DNA of 64,000 bases from an uncultured Candidatus Rokubacteria bacterium (lineage in GTDB: Bacteria > Methylomirabilota > Methylomirabilia > Rokubacteriales > DASRDR01), in assembly GCA_963805625.1 (NCBI GenBank), contig CAWDVE010000016.1:384001-448000 (forward strand). The letters run 5' to 3'. The position numbers were made by a program, and so were the translations under genes. The notes below the pieces were generated by a model, which was not told the origin of the DNA, ran no database searches, and saw nothing but the letters and a program-made list of their open reading frames with translations. Of this stretch, positions 29,442 to 37,452 are shown in pieces. Within the stretch, counting starts at the first letter, position 1, and every line of letters starts with the position of its first letter.

Positions 29442-29579
29442 CGGTGTCGACAAGTCCGCCAGTGTTGCCTGCGCGATCTTCCCGTGCTCGGTGAGCCGAG
29501 GCGTGACGTAGGGCTTCCGCTCCGACTCCGGCCGTCGCGGTTCCGGGGACTTCATCTTCTCTGCGGGTTTGGGCTCCAT
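29091..29579 (-). CDS. Lasso-type precursor (copy 1) fused to a Peptidase_S74-like autocleaving chaperone domain
   Basis: Leader KPYVTPRLTEHGKIAQAT-L, core ADLSTP, then SDRSLK...HLGPMAQDF and a coiled coil; GGAGAGGAG RBS before the ATG at 29579. Confidence 0.8.
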   Translation of the reverse strand: MEPKPAEKMKSPEPRRPESERKPYVTPRLTEHGKIAQATLADLSTPSDRSLKDGFAPVDSRAVLAAVAALPIERWSYQGEAVRHLGPMAQDFAAAFGLGADDRHIFPLDAAGVALAALQGLHSLVQTQTARLEALERELAALRGEAAALRLELALREGEPVA

Positions 29580-29638
29580 CGGGTGTGCTCCTCTCCACGA
29601 GGTTGAGGGGGAATCCGGATCCTGGGCCCGCCTGCGTC

Positions 29639-31519
29639 TTACCGGATGGCGCGCCGAAGCCAGAGAGTGAGCATGGCGAGCCGCCACACGCGGCGCACGT
29701 CCGTCGGCGCGCCTCTGTGGAGGTACCCGCGGTGCGCGCGGCGGATGGAATCCGCCGGCACGTACGGCGCGAGCACGCTGAGCGCCTCCTTCATGAGGCG
29801 CCCGAGTCGCTCCCGTCCGTAGACGGCGAGCGCCGAGCCGAGCATCAGGTCGAGGGGGGCTTTCCCCGGGCGGTCCCGGATCTCCGGGGGCAGGAGTGAG
29901 CCCAGCGCGTGACGCGCCACCACGCGCGTGCGCCCTTGTCGGATCTTCTGGGATGCCGGGAGCGCGAGACAGAACTCCATGACGCGGCGGTCGAGAAAGG
30001 GGTCGCGCACGTCGACGCCCGCGGTCGCGCCCAACGCGGCAACCGTCTCCAGGATGGCGGCGAGCCGGGCCGAGGTCAGGAGACGCCAGTGCTCGTGCCG
30101 CGCGCCCTCGACGTTTCCACCGCTCCAGTGGGGCGCCGCAGCACGAAGACGCTCGTTGAGATGGATCCGTCGAGCGAAGTCGGCGCGGATCAGCGGCGGC
30201 GCGAGGAACCCCCGGTAACGCAGGTGTCGCCAGGCCCGACGGAACAGCGGCGGAGCCACGGCGCCCGCGACCCCGCGCAGCGTCCGCCAGCTCGGTCGCT
30301 GGAACGAGCGCGAGAGCTGCTGGACCTCACGGCCGAGTGCCAGCCAGCGTCCCTGGCGGGCGAGGTCGTGGAGATACCCCGTTCCATGCGAGACGACGAG
30401 GTCGCCCCCAGTTCCCTCCAGGAAGACCCGCGCGCCGTCGGACCGCGCTGCGCGGTACAGAGCTCCGTGCATGTAGTAGCCGGGAGCGTGAAACGTCTCG
30501 TCCTCCCGGCCCGGCAACCCCTCGAGATCGCCCAGCGGGTCGAGCGTGTCGCCGGGCAGATGCCGGGGCGCGAGCCCGCCCTGGGCCTCGACGGCGGCGA
30601 CGTAGGCGCCCTCGTCGCAGCGCGGGATCGTCGGGAAGCGCGCGGTGTAGGTCGCCAGCGGTCCCGTCCCCGCCGCTTCCTGGACCGCCCGGGCGACGCA
30701 CACCACGGACGACGAGTCGAGCCCGCCGCTCAGCGCGGCGGCGGCCGGGGAGACACTTCGCAGGCGCCACCGCACCGCGTCGGTGAACAGCTCCCGGAAC
30801 TGCTCCGCGTACTCGGCGTCCGACGCCGGGCGGAGCTCGCGGGTCGGATCGAGCTGCCAGTAGGCGCGTGCGGCGGCACCGCCGGTGGTCACGGTGAGGC
30901 AATGGCCCGCCGGGAGGCGGAGGATGCCCTCGTAGAACGTCGCCGCCCGGTCGTCGAGGCCGGGGACGAGGCAGGCGGCGATCCTGATCTCGTCGAGCCG
31001 GCGCGGGACGTCCGGAACCGCGAGCAGGGCTTTGGTCTCCGAGGCGACCGCGACCACCCGGGATCCGAGGTGATAGTAGAAAGGCTTGACGCCCGCCGGG
31101 TCGCGCGCGCAGAAGAGCACGCGCCGCCGGGCGTCCCAGAGCGCGAACGCGAAGTCACCCAGCAGGTGCGCCGGGCACTCCTTGCCCCAGCGCTCCCAGG
31201 CGCGGAGGACGAGCTCCCCGTCGCTGACCCCGTCGGCGGCTCGATGGACGAGCCCCAGGGTCGACATGAGCTCCGCCCGGTTGTCGAGACGCACGTCGGC
31301 GGTCACGACGACCTCGCCGGTGTCGCCGGCCAGCGGGAGCTTCTGCTGGAGCGACTCGGGCGTCGCATGGAGCATCCGGTGGCCGAGGCCGACCGGACCG
31401 TCCAGCCACGTGCCCACCGCGTCGGCGACGCGGGGAGCCAGGCGCTCGATCATCCGGTCGAGCGTCGCCTGATGAAGTGGCGCACCGTCGAGGCGCCAGA
31501 CCGCGGCGATGCTGCTCAC
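29639..31519 (-). CDS. Lasso peptide cyclase (asparagine synthetase homolog, C protein)
   Basis: GDFAFALWD, ARDPAGVKPFYY, PP-loop LSGGLDSS, GTGGD, RDPFLDRR; begins MSSIAAV with no catalytic Cys; GTGA overlap with B2. Confidence 0.9.
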   Translation of the reverse strand: MSSIAAVWRLDGAPLHQATLDRMIERLAPRVADAVGTWLDGPVGLGHRMLHATPESLQQKLPLAGDTGEVVVTADVRLDNRAELMSTLGLVHRAADGVSDGELVLRAWERWGKECPAHLLGDFAFALWDARRRVLFCARDPAGVKPFYYHLGSRVVAVASETKALLAVPDVPRRLDEIRIAACLVPGLDDRAATFYEGILRLPAGHCLTVTTGGAAARAYWQLDPTRELRPASDAEYAEQFRELFTDAVRWRLRSVSPAAAALSGGLDSSSVVCVARAVQEAAGTGPLATYTARFPTIPRCDEGAYVAAVEAQGGLAPRHLPGDTLDPLGDLEGLPGREDETFHAPGYYMHGALYRAARSDGARVFLEGTGGDLVVSHGTGYLHDLARQGRWLALGREVQQLSRSFQRPSWRTLRGVAGAVAPPLFRRAWRHLRYRGFLAPPLIRADFARRIHLNERLRAAAPHWSGGNVEGARHEHWRLLTSARLAAILETVAALGATAGVDVRDPFLDRRVMEFCLALPASQKIRQGRTRVVARHALGSLLPPEIRDRPGKAPLDLMLGSALAVYGRERLGRLMKEALSVLAPYVPADSIRRAHRGYLHRGAPTDVRRVWRLAMLTLWLRRAIR

Positions 31520-31947
31520 CGATGAGGATCCAGCACCGGCAAGGGAACGTAGCGCGCTTCGACGGGGCCGCCGATCAGGATCCGCCCGTCCCGCTCGAGC
31601 CACGCGTGTGCCTCGAAGGCCCGGCCGGAGCCGCCGGCGACGCCGAGCCGAAGCTGACTCGCGTGCCCGCGCCGCGCGAGCAGTGCCTGCGCCGCGAGCG
31701 CTCGGACGAGGCACGTCGTCCGCGGCACGAGCCGGTCGGCCGCTCCCACCGCCCAGACGATGCGCTCGACCGATGGTTCGCCGCCTCGAGGCCGAGGGCG
31801 ATTCGCGAGGGCGCCGCTCGCTCGGTGAACCCACCGGAAGGGCAGCATCCACAGCCCGACACGGGTCGCCGCCAGGAGCCCGGTCGCGGCCACGATCAGG
31901 CGCCGCTCGGCTGGCGGCAGGGCGATGAACCTAGCGAGGCTTCCCAT
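31516..31947 (-). CDS. Lasso peptide leader peptidase B2 (transglutaminase-like)
   Basis: TCLVRALA, LRLGV, FEAHAWLE-DG catalytic Cys/His motifs. Confidence 0.92.
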   Translation of the reverse strand: MGSLARFIALPPAERRLIVAATGLLAATRVGLWMLPFRWVHRASGALANRPRPRGGEPSVERIVWAVGAADRLVPRTTCLVRALAAQALLARRGHASQLRLGVAGGSGRAFEAHAWLERDGRILIGGPVEARYVPLPVLDPHR

Positions 31948-32230
31948 CGGAGACCTCGACGAGCCCAGCCTCGGCCATCGTTTGGAGCAGCGTGACGAGG
32001 TCGCTCTCGCAGCGCGCCGAATCCACCTCGTATTCCGCCAGGAGCACGTCCCGGACGGCCCGGACGCTCCGGGGTGTCTTGAGCAGCTCCCAGATGCGGG
32101 CGCCGACCGGGTCCAGACCGTAGTAGACGCCAGCCTTCAGATGGACGATCGCGACCTCGTCCTCCAGGCTGCAGGACGCCTGGTCCTGCGAGGCCACGAC
32201 GACCGTGTCCAGCGAGATGGCAGCATCCAT
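31931..32230 (-). CDS. PqqD-family RiPP recognition element (lasso B1)
   Basis: EVAIVHLKAGVYYGLDPVGARIWELL...EYEVD...DLVTLLQTMAEAGLV. Confidence 0.92.
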   Translation of the reverse strand: MDAAISLDTVVVASQDQASCSLEDEVAIVHLKAGVYYGLDPVGARIWELLKTPRSVRAVRDVLLAEYEVDSARCESDLVTLLQTMAEAGLVEVSDGKPR

Positions 32231-32297
32231 GGCGTCACGCGCCCCCCGGCGTGACGAGAGCTCGGCTCGCCCGCCGGCCGGAGCCGGTCCGGGTCCG

Positions 32298-32326
32298 ATC
32301 CTACTCGACACGCCCGCCCGCGACAA
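32298..32326 (-). promoter_or_regulatory. Candidate promoter of the lasso operon
   Basis: TTGTCG-17 nt-TAGGAT about 70 bp upstream of B1. Confidence 0.4.
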
Positions 32327-32367
32327 TCATCCGCGCGCCGGAAGCGGGGCAGGGACGACCCGAGGGC

Positions 32368-33570
32368 TCAGGCCGTGCGGTGGAACTCTTCCTTTGCCGC
32401 CCGGAGCGCGGCCGGCTCGGCGAGGAGATCGAGGGCGGTCAGGGCCAGCGCCTTGGCGCCGGCCACCATGCCCGCGCGCGCCAGCGGCGTGGCATTGTGC
32501 TCCGCAAACTCGCGTGAGTGGCCCGGAACGCCGTCGGGCGCGGTGCGGATGTAGGGATGGATCGTGGGGATCGCGTGACTCACGTTGCCGGCGTCGGTCG
32601 AGCCGTAGCCCGCCTGCCCGTCGTCGGGGTCCTCGGGGAAGTCGATGCGCCCGAGGTTCTGCTCGAAGAGCGCCGCCATCGCGGCGTTCGGCTTGAGCGG
32701 ATCGTGGATCCGCGGATCGATGGTCACCTGGGCGCGGCACCCCGTGGCCGTGGCGACGCCTTCCACGGCCGCCTCAAAGCGGCGCCGCACCTCCTGGAGG
32801 TAGACCTTGTCGAGCGAGCGCAGGTAGAAGTCCGCCGCGGTGTACTCGGGAATGATATTGGGCTGCTGGCCGCCGACCGTGATCACGCCGTGGATCCGGG
32901 CGTCCGGGCGGAGCTGCTGGCGCATCGCGTCGAGCGCGTTGAAGAGCCCGATGACGGCGTTCAGGGCGTTGACGCCCCGCCACGGCCAGGACGACGCGTG
33001 CGCGGCCTTGCCGAAGTACTCGACCTTGGCCTTCATGAGACCGAGCGTCGGCCGCCAGACCTGCGTCCCGCAGCGCGGGTGGATCATCATCGCGGCGTCG
33101 ACGTCGCGGAACACACCGGCGTCCAGGAGCTTGACCTTGCCCGCGCCGCCTTCCTCCGCGGGCGTCCCCACCACGGTGATCCGACCGTTGAAGGGGAGAC
33201 GTGCCCCGGCGAGGCTCCTGGCGACGACCGCGAGCGCGGCGCCCGCCCCCGCCCCCGCCGTCGCGATGACGTTGTGGCCGCACGCGTGGCCGATGCCGGG
33301 GAGCGCGTCGTACTCCGCCATCACCGCGATCGTCGGGCCGTCCCCCGCCCCGGGCACCTCGGCGCGAAACGCGGTCGGCAAGCCACCCACACCACGCTCG
33401 ACGCGGCATCCCCGGCGCTCGAGGAACTCGGTCAGCCAGGCCGCCGCCTGCTCCTCCTTGAAGGCCAGCTCCGGGTGGGCGTGGATCCGGAGCGCGAGGC
33501 TCCACAGATCCTCGGCCATCCGATCGACGGCCTCGGTCACCTGAATCTTGAGGCGGTCCAGGTCACTCAT
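32368..33570 (-). CDS. M20 family amidohydrolase (ACY1L2/AbgB-like)
   Basis: HAHPELAFKE, AEYDALPGIGHACGHN, GTPAEEGG, GSTDAGNVS. Confidence 0.9.
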   Translation of the reverse strand: MSDLDRLKIQVTEAVDRMAEDLWSLALRIHAHPELAFKEEQAAAWLTEFLERRGCRVERGVGGLPTAFRAEVPGAGDGPTIAVMAEYDALPGIGHACGHNVIATAGAGAGAALAVVARSLAGARLPFNGRITVVGTPAEEGGAGKVKLLDAGVFRDVDAAMMIHPRCGTQVWRPTLGLMKAKVEYFGKAAHASSWPWRGVNALNAVIGLFNALDAMRQQLRPDARIHGVITVGGQQPNIIPEYTAADFYLRSLDKVYLQEVRRRFEAAVEGVATATGCRAQVTIDPRIHDPLKPNAAMAALFEQNLGRIDFPEDPDDGQAGYGSTDAGNVSHAIPTIHPYIRTAPDGVPGHSREFAEHNATPLARAGMVAGAKALALTALDLLAEPAALRAAKEEFHRTA

Positions 33571-33684
33571 CGCGAGCCTCCAGGGGAAACGGTCAGGCGA
33601 CGGCGCGATCATGGGGCCACCGCGGGGGCAGGCTCCCATGCCCATCGCGGAGGTGTCAAGGCAGCCGGTGGCGCGCGACGCTCG

Positions 33685-34842
33685 TCACGGAGCGGCGGCG
33701 AGCCGCGCCCCCGCAGCGCGCCCGGTGGCGATCCTTGCCTCGAGGGAGGGGTGCGTCGCGAAGAGGAGCTCCCGCAGGCGGCCCGGGCGCCGTTCGGCGA
33801 GATTGAGCCGGCCGAGCCGCTCCATGGCGGCGACGAAGGCATCGGGCGCGCCGCTGACGTCGAGGGCCACGCGATCGGCCTCGCGCTCGAGTCGGCGCGA
33901 CCATGCCGCGACGATGGGCGTGGTGAGTAGCCCGACGGCGGTCAGGACCAGGGCCAGAAGGGGGAGGCCGGCGGGATCCGCGGACCCGGCGAGACCGAGG
34001 ACGCCCGCACCCGCGCGGAGGGCCCGATCGGCGACCCACAGCGCGCCCACGATGAGGATACTCTGGAGCAGAAGCCCCTTCGCCACGTGGCTCCTGGCGT
34101 GGTGCCCGAGCTCGTGCGCGAGGACCACCTCGACCTCCTCGACCGGGAACTCGCGGAGGAGCGTGTCACTCACGAGGATCCGCCGGGTGCGCCCGAGGCC
34201 GACGACGGCCGCGTTCGCGACGCGCCCCTTGCGCGAGAAGTCCGCGACGACGACCTCGGCCGCCCGCACCCCCATGCGGGCGGCGAGGGCGAGGATCCGG
34301 GCGCGCAGCGCCGGGTCCTCGAGCGGCGTCAACCGGTAGAAGAGCGGGACGAGCCAGATCGGGACCACGGCGGCCAGGACCACGATCCCCGCCGTCAGGA
34401 CACCGCTCGCCCAGAGCCACCACCGGTCCGGACTCCACCGGAGGAGACCGTAGACGATCTCGACCGAGAGTAGCCCGAGGAGGCCCCCGATGGCGAGCGC
34501 CTTCGCGCGATCGCCGAGCCAGCTACCGAGGCTCTGGGTGAGCAAGCCCGCTCGGCGGGGGAGGACGAAGCCGGCCACGACGTCGAGCGGAACAGTCAGG
34601 AGAATCTGCGAGGCGCCGATCGCCAGGGTGATGGCCGCGAGGACCGCCGCGGGGGAGTGAAGCCGCGTTTCGAGGACCGCGGCCAGGCCCGCCGCGGCGC
34701 CGCTCCAGCTCCACCACGCCAGGAGGACGACGCCGAGAGTGAGGTCGACGAGCGTCAGCGCGAACTGGCGTCGGTGGTACCGCCGGGCTCGATCCTCGTC
34801 CCCGTCGGTCGCGTGCATCGCTTCCAGCGTATCGCGGGCCAT
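33685..34842 (-). CDS. M48 family (Ste24-like) membrane zinc metalloprotease
   Basis: ANAAVVGLG, AHELGH, EREAD, THPS..ARI; several TM helices. Confidence 0.9.
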   Translation of the reverse strand: MARDTLEAMHATDGDEDRARRYHRRQFALTLVDLTLGVVLLAWWSWSGAAAGLAAVLETRLHSPAAVLAAITLAIGASQILLTVPLDVVAGFVLPRRAGLLTQSLGSWLGDRAKALAIGGLLGLLSVEIVYGLLRWSPDRWWLWASGVLTAGIVVLAAVVPIWLVPLFYRLTPLEDPALRARILALAARMGVRAAEVVVADFSRKGRVANAAVVGLGRTRRILVSDTLLREFPVEEVEVVLAHELGHHARSHVAKGLLLQSILIVGALWVADRALRAGAGVLGLAGSADPAGLPLLALVLTAVGLLTTPIVAAWSRRLEREADRVALDVSGAPDAFVAAMERLGRLNLAERRPGRLRELLFATHPSLEARIATGRAAGARLAAAP

Positions 34843-34938
34843 CGAGCGCGACCACCGCGGCCTCCCGCGCCGGGTGTGCGGGTAGGGCTGCCGATCCGCC
34901 CCCGATCCGCCCAAGGTGTCCGAAACCCCGGTGGTACG

Positions 34939-36186
34939 ATGGCTCGCGTGACTCGACCGCCTCCCGCCGAGCCCCGGGCGCCCGACGTGGCCGACACGCT
35001 CCCGGCCGGCGGCGCCGCCGCAGCGCGGGTCCTCCCCAACACCCGCGTGCTTGGCCTCCTGGCGCTGGGTCACCTCGTCGTCGACATGAATCAGGGGTCA
35101 CTGGCCCCCCTGCTCCCGTTCCTCAAGGCTGTCTTCGGTCTGTCCTACGCCACGTCCGGGGCGATCCTGCTCGTCGCCACCATGACGTCGTCGGTCGTCC
35201 AGCCGGTGTTCGGTTACCTGGCGGACCGGGCGACGCGGCGGTGGCTCTTGCCGTGGGCGGTGCTGCTGTCGGCCACGGGGGTGGCCCTGGCCGGTCTCGC
35301 GCCCTCGTACTGGGGACTGCTCGCGCTGGTCGTCGTATCGGGCCTCGGCGTTGCCGCCTACCACCCGGAAGGCTACCGGACCGCGAATCAGGTCGCCGGA
35401 GATCGGAAGGCGACGGGCCTCTCGCTGTTCTCGATCGGCGGGAACATCGGGATCGCCCTGGGGCCTCCCGCCGTGACCTTTCTCGTGCCTCGCTTCGGCC
35501 TTCCCGGAACCCTGGGCCTTCTGGGCCCCGGTCTGCTCGTGGCCGCGCTGCTCGCGACCGTTCTGCCGACGCTCATCACGACGCCGGCCAAGGGCGCGGC
35601 GGCGCGCGTGGCGCGAGAGGGCGGCCGGGACATGGACATGCGCGGGGCGATGGCGCTCCTGATCGGGGTCGTGACCGTGCGGTCGTGGACGCAGCTCGGC
35701 CTCGTGACCTACGTGCCCTTCCTGTACGTCGACCTTCTGGGCAAGGATCCGCGCCTCGTCGGACCGCTCCTGTTCCTCTTCCTCGGGGCCGGCGCCGTGG
35801 GCACGCTCGCAGGTGGTCCGATCGCCGATCGCTGGGGGTCTCGCCGCTACATCGTCGCGAGCTTTCTCCTTTCCGCCCCGCTCATCGCGATCTTCCTCTG
35901 GCGCCCGGGGGGCTGGCTCGCCGTGGCGGCGCTGGCCGCGACCGGCTTCGTGCTGGTCTCGTCGTTCTCGATCACCGTCGCTCTCGGCCAGGCGTACCTC
36001 CCACGAAGCCTGGGCATGGCCGCCGGGCTGATCGTGGGCCTGGCCATCGGCACGGGGGGCATCGGCGTGACGATTCTCGGCTGGGTTGCGGACCACTGGG
36101 GCCTGTACGCCGCTCTCCACCTGATCGCGGTCCTGCCGATCGCCGGGCTTGCCGTCGCGCTCTGCCTGCCCGAGCCGCGCGCGTGA
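34939..36186 (+). CDS. MFS transporter (Fsr-like)
   Basis: QPVFGYLADR, AAYHPEG, FSIGGNIG; about 12 TM helices. Confidence 0.88.
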   Translation: MARVTRPPPAEPRAPDVADTLPAGGAAAARVLPNTRVLGLLALGHLVVDMNQGSLAPLLPFLKAVFGLSYATSGAILLVATMTSSVVQPVFGYLADRATRRWLLPWAVLLSATGVALAGLAPSYWGLLALVVVSGLGVAAYHPEGYRTANQVAGDRKATGLSLFSIGGNIGIALGPPAVTFLVPRFGLPGTLGLLGPGLLVAALLATVLPTLITTPAKGAAARVAREGGRDMDMRGAMALLIGVVTVRSWTQLGLVTYVPFLYVDLLGKDPRLVGPLLFLFLGAGAVGTLAGGPIADRWGSRRYIVASFLLSAPLIAIFLWRPGGWLAVAALAATGFVLVSSFSITVALGQAYLPRSLGMAAGLIVGLAIGTGGIGVTILGWVADHWGLYAALHLIAVLPIAGLAVALCLPEPRA

Positions 36187-36300
36187 GGTATCATGTGGGC
36201 TCGTGCCGGAGGCCGCGGGTCGCGTGAGGGCGACCCCGTCGGGGACGCCGCCGGCCAGGCGGGCCCCGGGGCCACAGCCCCAATAGCTGAGGAGAAGGGC

Positions 36301-37212
36301 ATGTTCGCGTCCGTCGAAGAGGTCCAGGAGCGGTTCCGCGCGAGCCGGTACATCGCGAGCCGCCGCATCGCCACCGTCTTCTATCTCGCGAGCCGCATGA
36401 ACCGGCCGGTCCTCGTGGAAGGCCCGGCGGGGGTCGGGAAGACCGAGCTCGCCAAGGTGCTGGCCGAGACCACGGGACGCCCGCTGGTGCGGCTCCAGTG
36501 CTACGAGGGGCTGGACGAGGCCAAGGCGCTCTACGAGTGGAAGTACGCGAAGCAGCTCCTGTACACGCAGATGCTCCGGGAGCGGATCGGTGAGCTGATC
36601 TCCGACGCGCCCACCCTGCTCGAAGCCGTCGACCGCATCGCCCGGCAGGAGGACGCCTTCTTCTCGCGCCGGTTCCTCTCGCCGCGTCCCCTTCTCGGAG
36701 CGATCCTGGCCGACGAGCCCGTCGTGCTCCTGGTCGACGAGATCGACAAGGCGGAGGTCGAGTTCGAAGCCTTCCTGCTGGAGGTGCTGTCCGACTGGCA
36801 GGTCTCGGTGCCGGAGCTCGGCACCATCAAGGCGCGCCACATCCCGCTCGTCGTGCTGACCTCCAACAACGCGCGCGAGCTGACCGACGGGCTCAAGCGC
36901 CGGTGCCTGCATCTGTTCATCGACTTCCCGAGCGTCGGCGAGGAGCTGGCGATCATCCGGCTCAAGGTGCCCGAGGCGTCGGAGCAGCTCGCCCGGCAGG
37001 TCGTGAGCGCGGTGCAGAAGATCCGGGCGCTCGAGCTCCGGAAGGCGCCGTCGATCTCGGAGAGCCTCGACTGGGCGCGGGCGCTCGTGATCCTGAACGC
37101 CGACCGGCTCGATGCTGCCCTCGTCGAGTCGACTCTCACGCTCGTCGTCAAGCACGAGCGCGATCTCGAGCGGGTGAAGGCGAGCCTCGACAAGGTCCTG
37201 GCCGACTCGTAG
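36301..37212 (+). CDS. MoxR/CoxD-type AAA+ ATPase
   Basis: EGPAGVGKT, RLQCYEGLD, LLVDEIDK, LTSNNARELTDGLKRRC. Confidence 0.92.
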   Translation: MFASVEEVQERFRASRYIASRRIATVFYLASRMNRPVLVEGPAGVGKTELAKVLAETTGRPLVRLQCYEGLDEAKALYEWKYAKQLLYTQMLRERIGELISDAPTLLEAVDRIARQEDAFFSRRFLSPRPLLGAILADEPVVLLVDEIDKAEVEFEAFLLEVLSDWQVSVPELGTIKARHIPLVVLTSNNARELTDGLKRRCLHLFIDFPSVGEELAIIRLKVPEASEQLARQVVSAVQKIRALELRKAPSISESLDWARALVILNADRLDAALVESTLTLVVKHERDLERVKASLDKVLADS

Positions 37213-37452
37213 CCCCACCGCCCGGATTCGTCGTGGCGCTGCTCTCGCCCGCCGAACTTGTCGCTGGGGTCCGGTTTGCCGCGCGCTTGCCCGGCCTGCT
37301 CCACGGCCTCTGGATCTCGAAGCCGCCCGATCCACCCTCGATAGGCGGCTGCGCGAGCGCGAGGCTGACTTTCTTGCGCGCGTGCGGGACGCCGCCCTTG
37401 GCCAACCCACCCGCTCGGGCCGGGATCGACGGGCCTCTGATAGGCTGGAGGG

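Noticed and set aside
28426-29579. Prophage tail-fibre remnant suggested by the S74 domains
   Set aside because: No phage structural, integrase or lysis genes are nearby, and no beta-helix passenger precedes the domain. The N-termini are lasso leaders inside a lasso operon.
28960-29638. A separate short conventional lasso precursor in the intergenic gaps
   Set aside because: The gaps (28960-29090, 29580-29638) show no ORF with a YxxPxL leader. The only such motifs I found are in the S74 fusions.
29639-31519. Housekeeping glutamine-dependent asparagine synthetase (asnB)
   Set aside because: The N-terminal catalytic Cys is absent (MSSIAAV), and the gene overlaps lasso B2, which overlaps B1.
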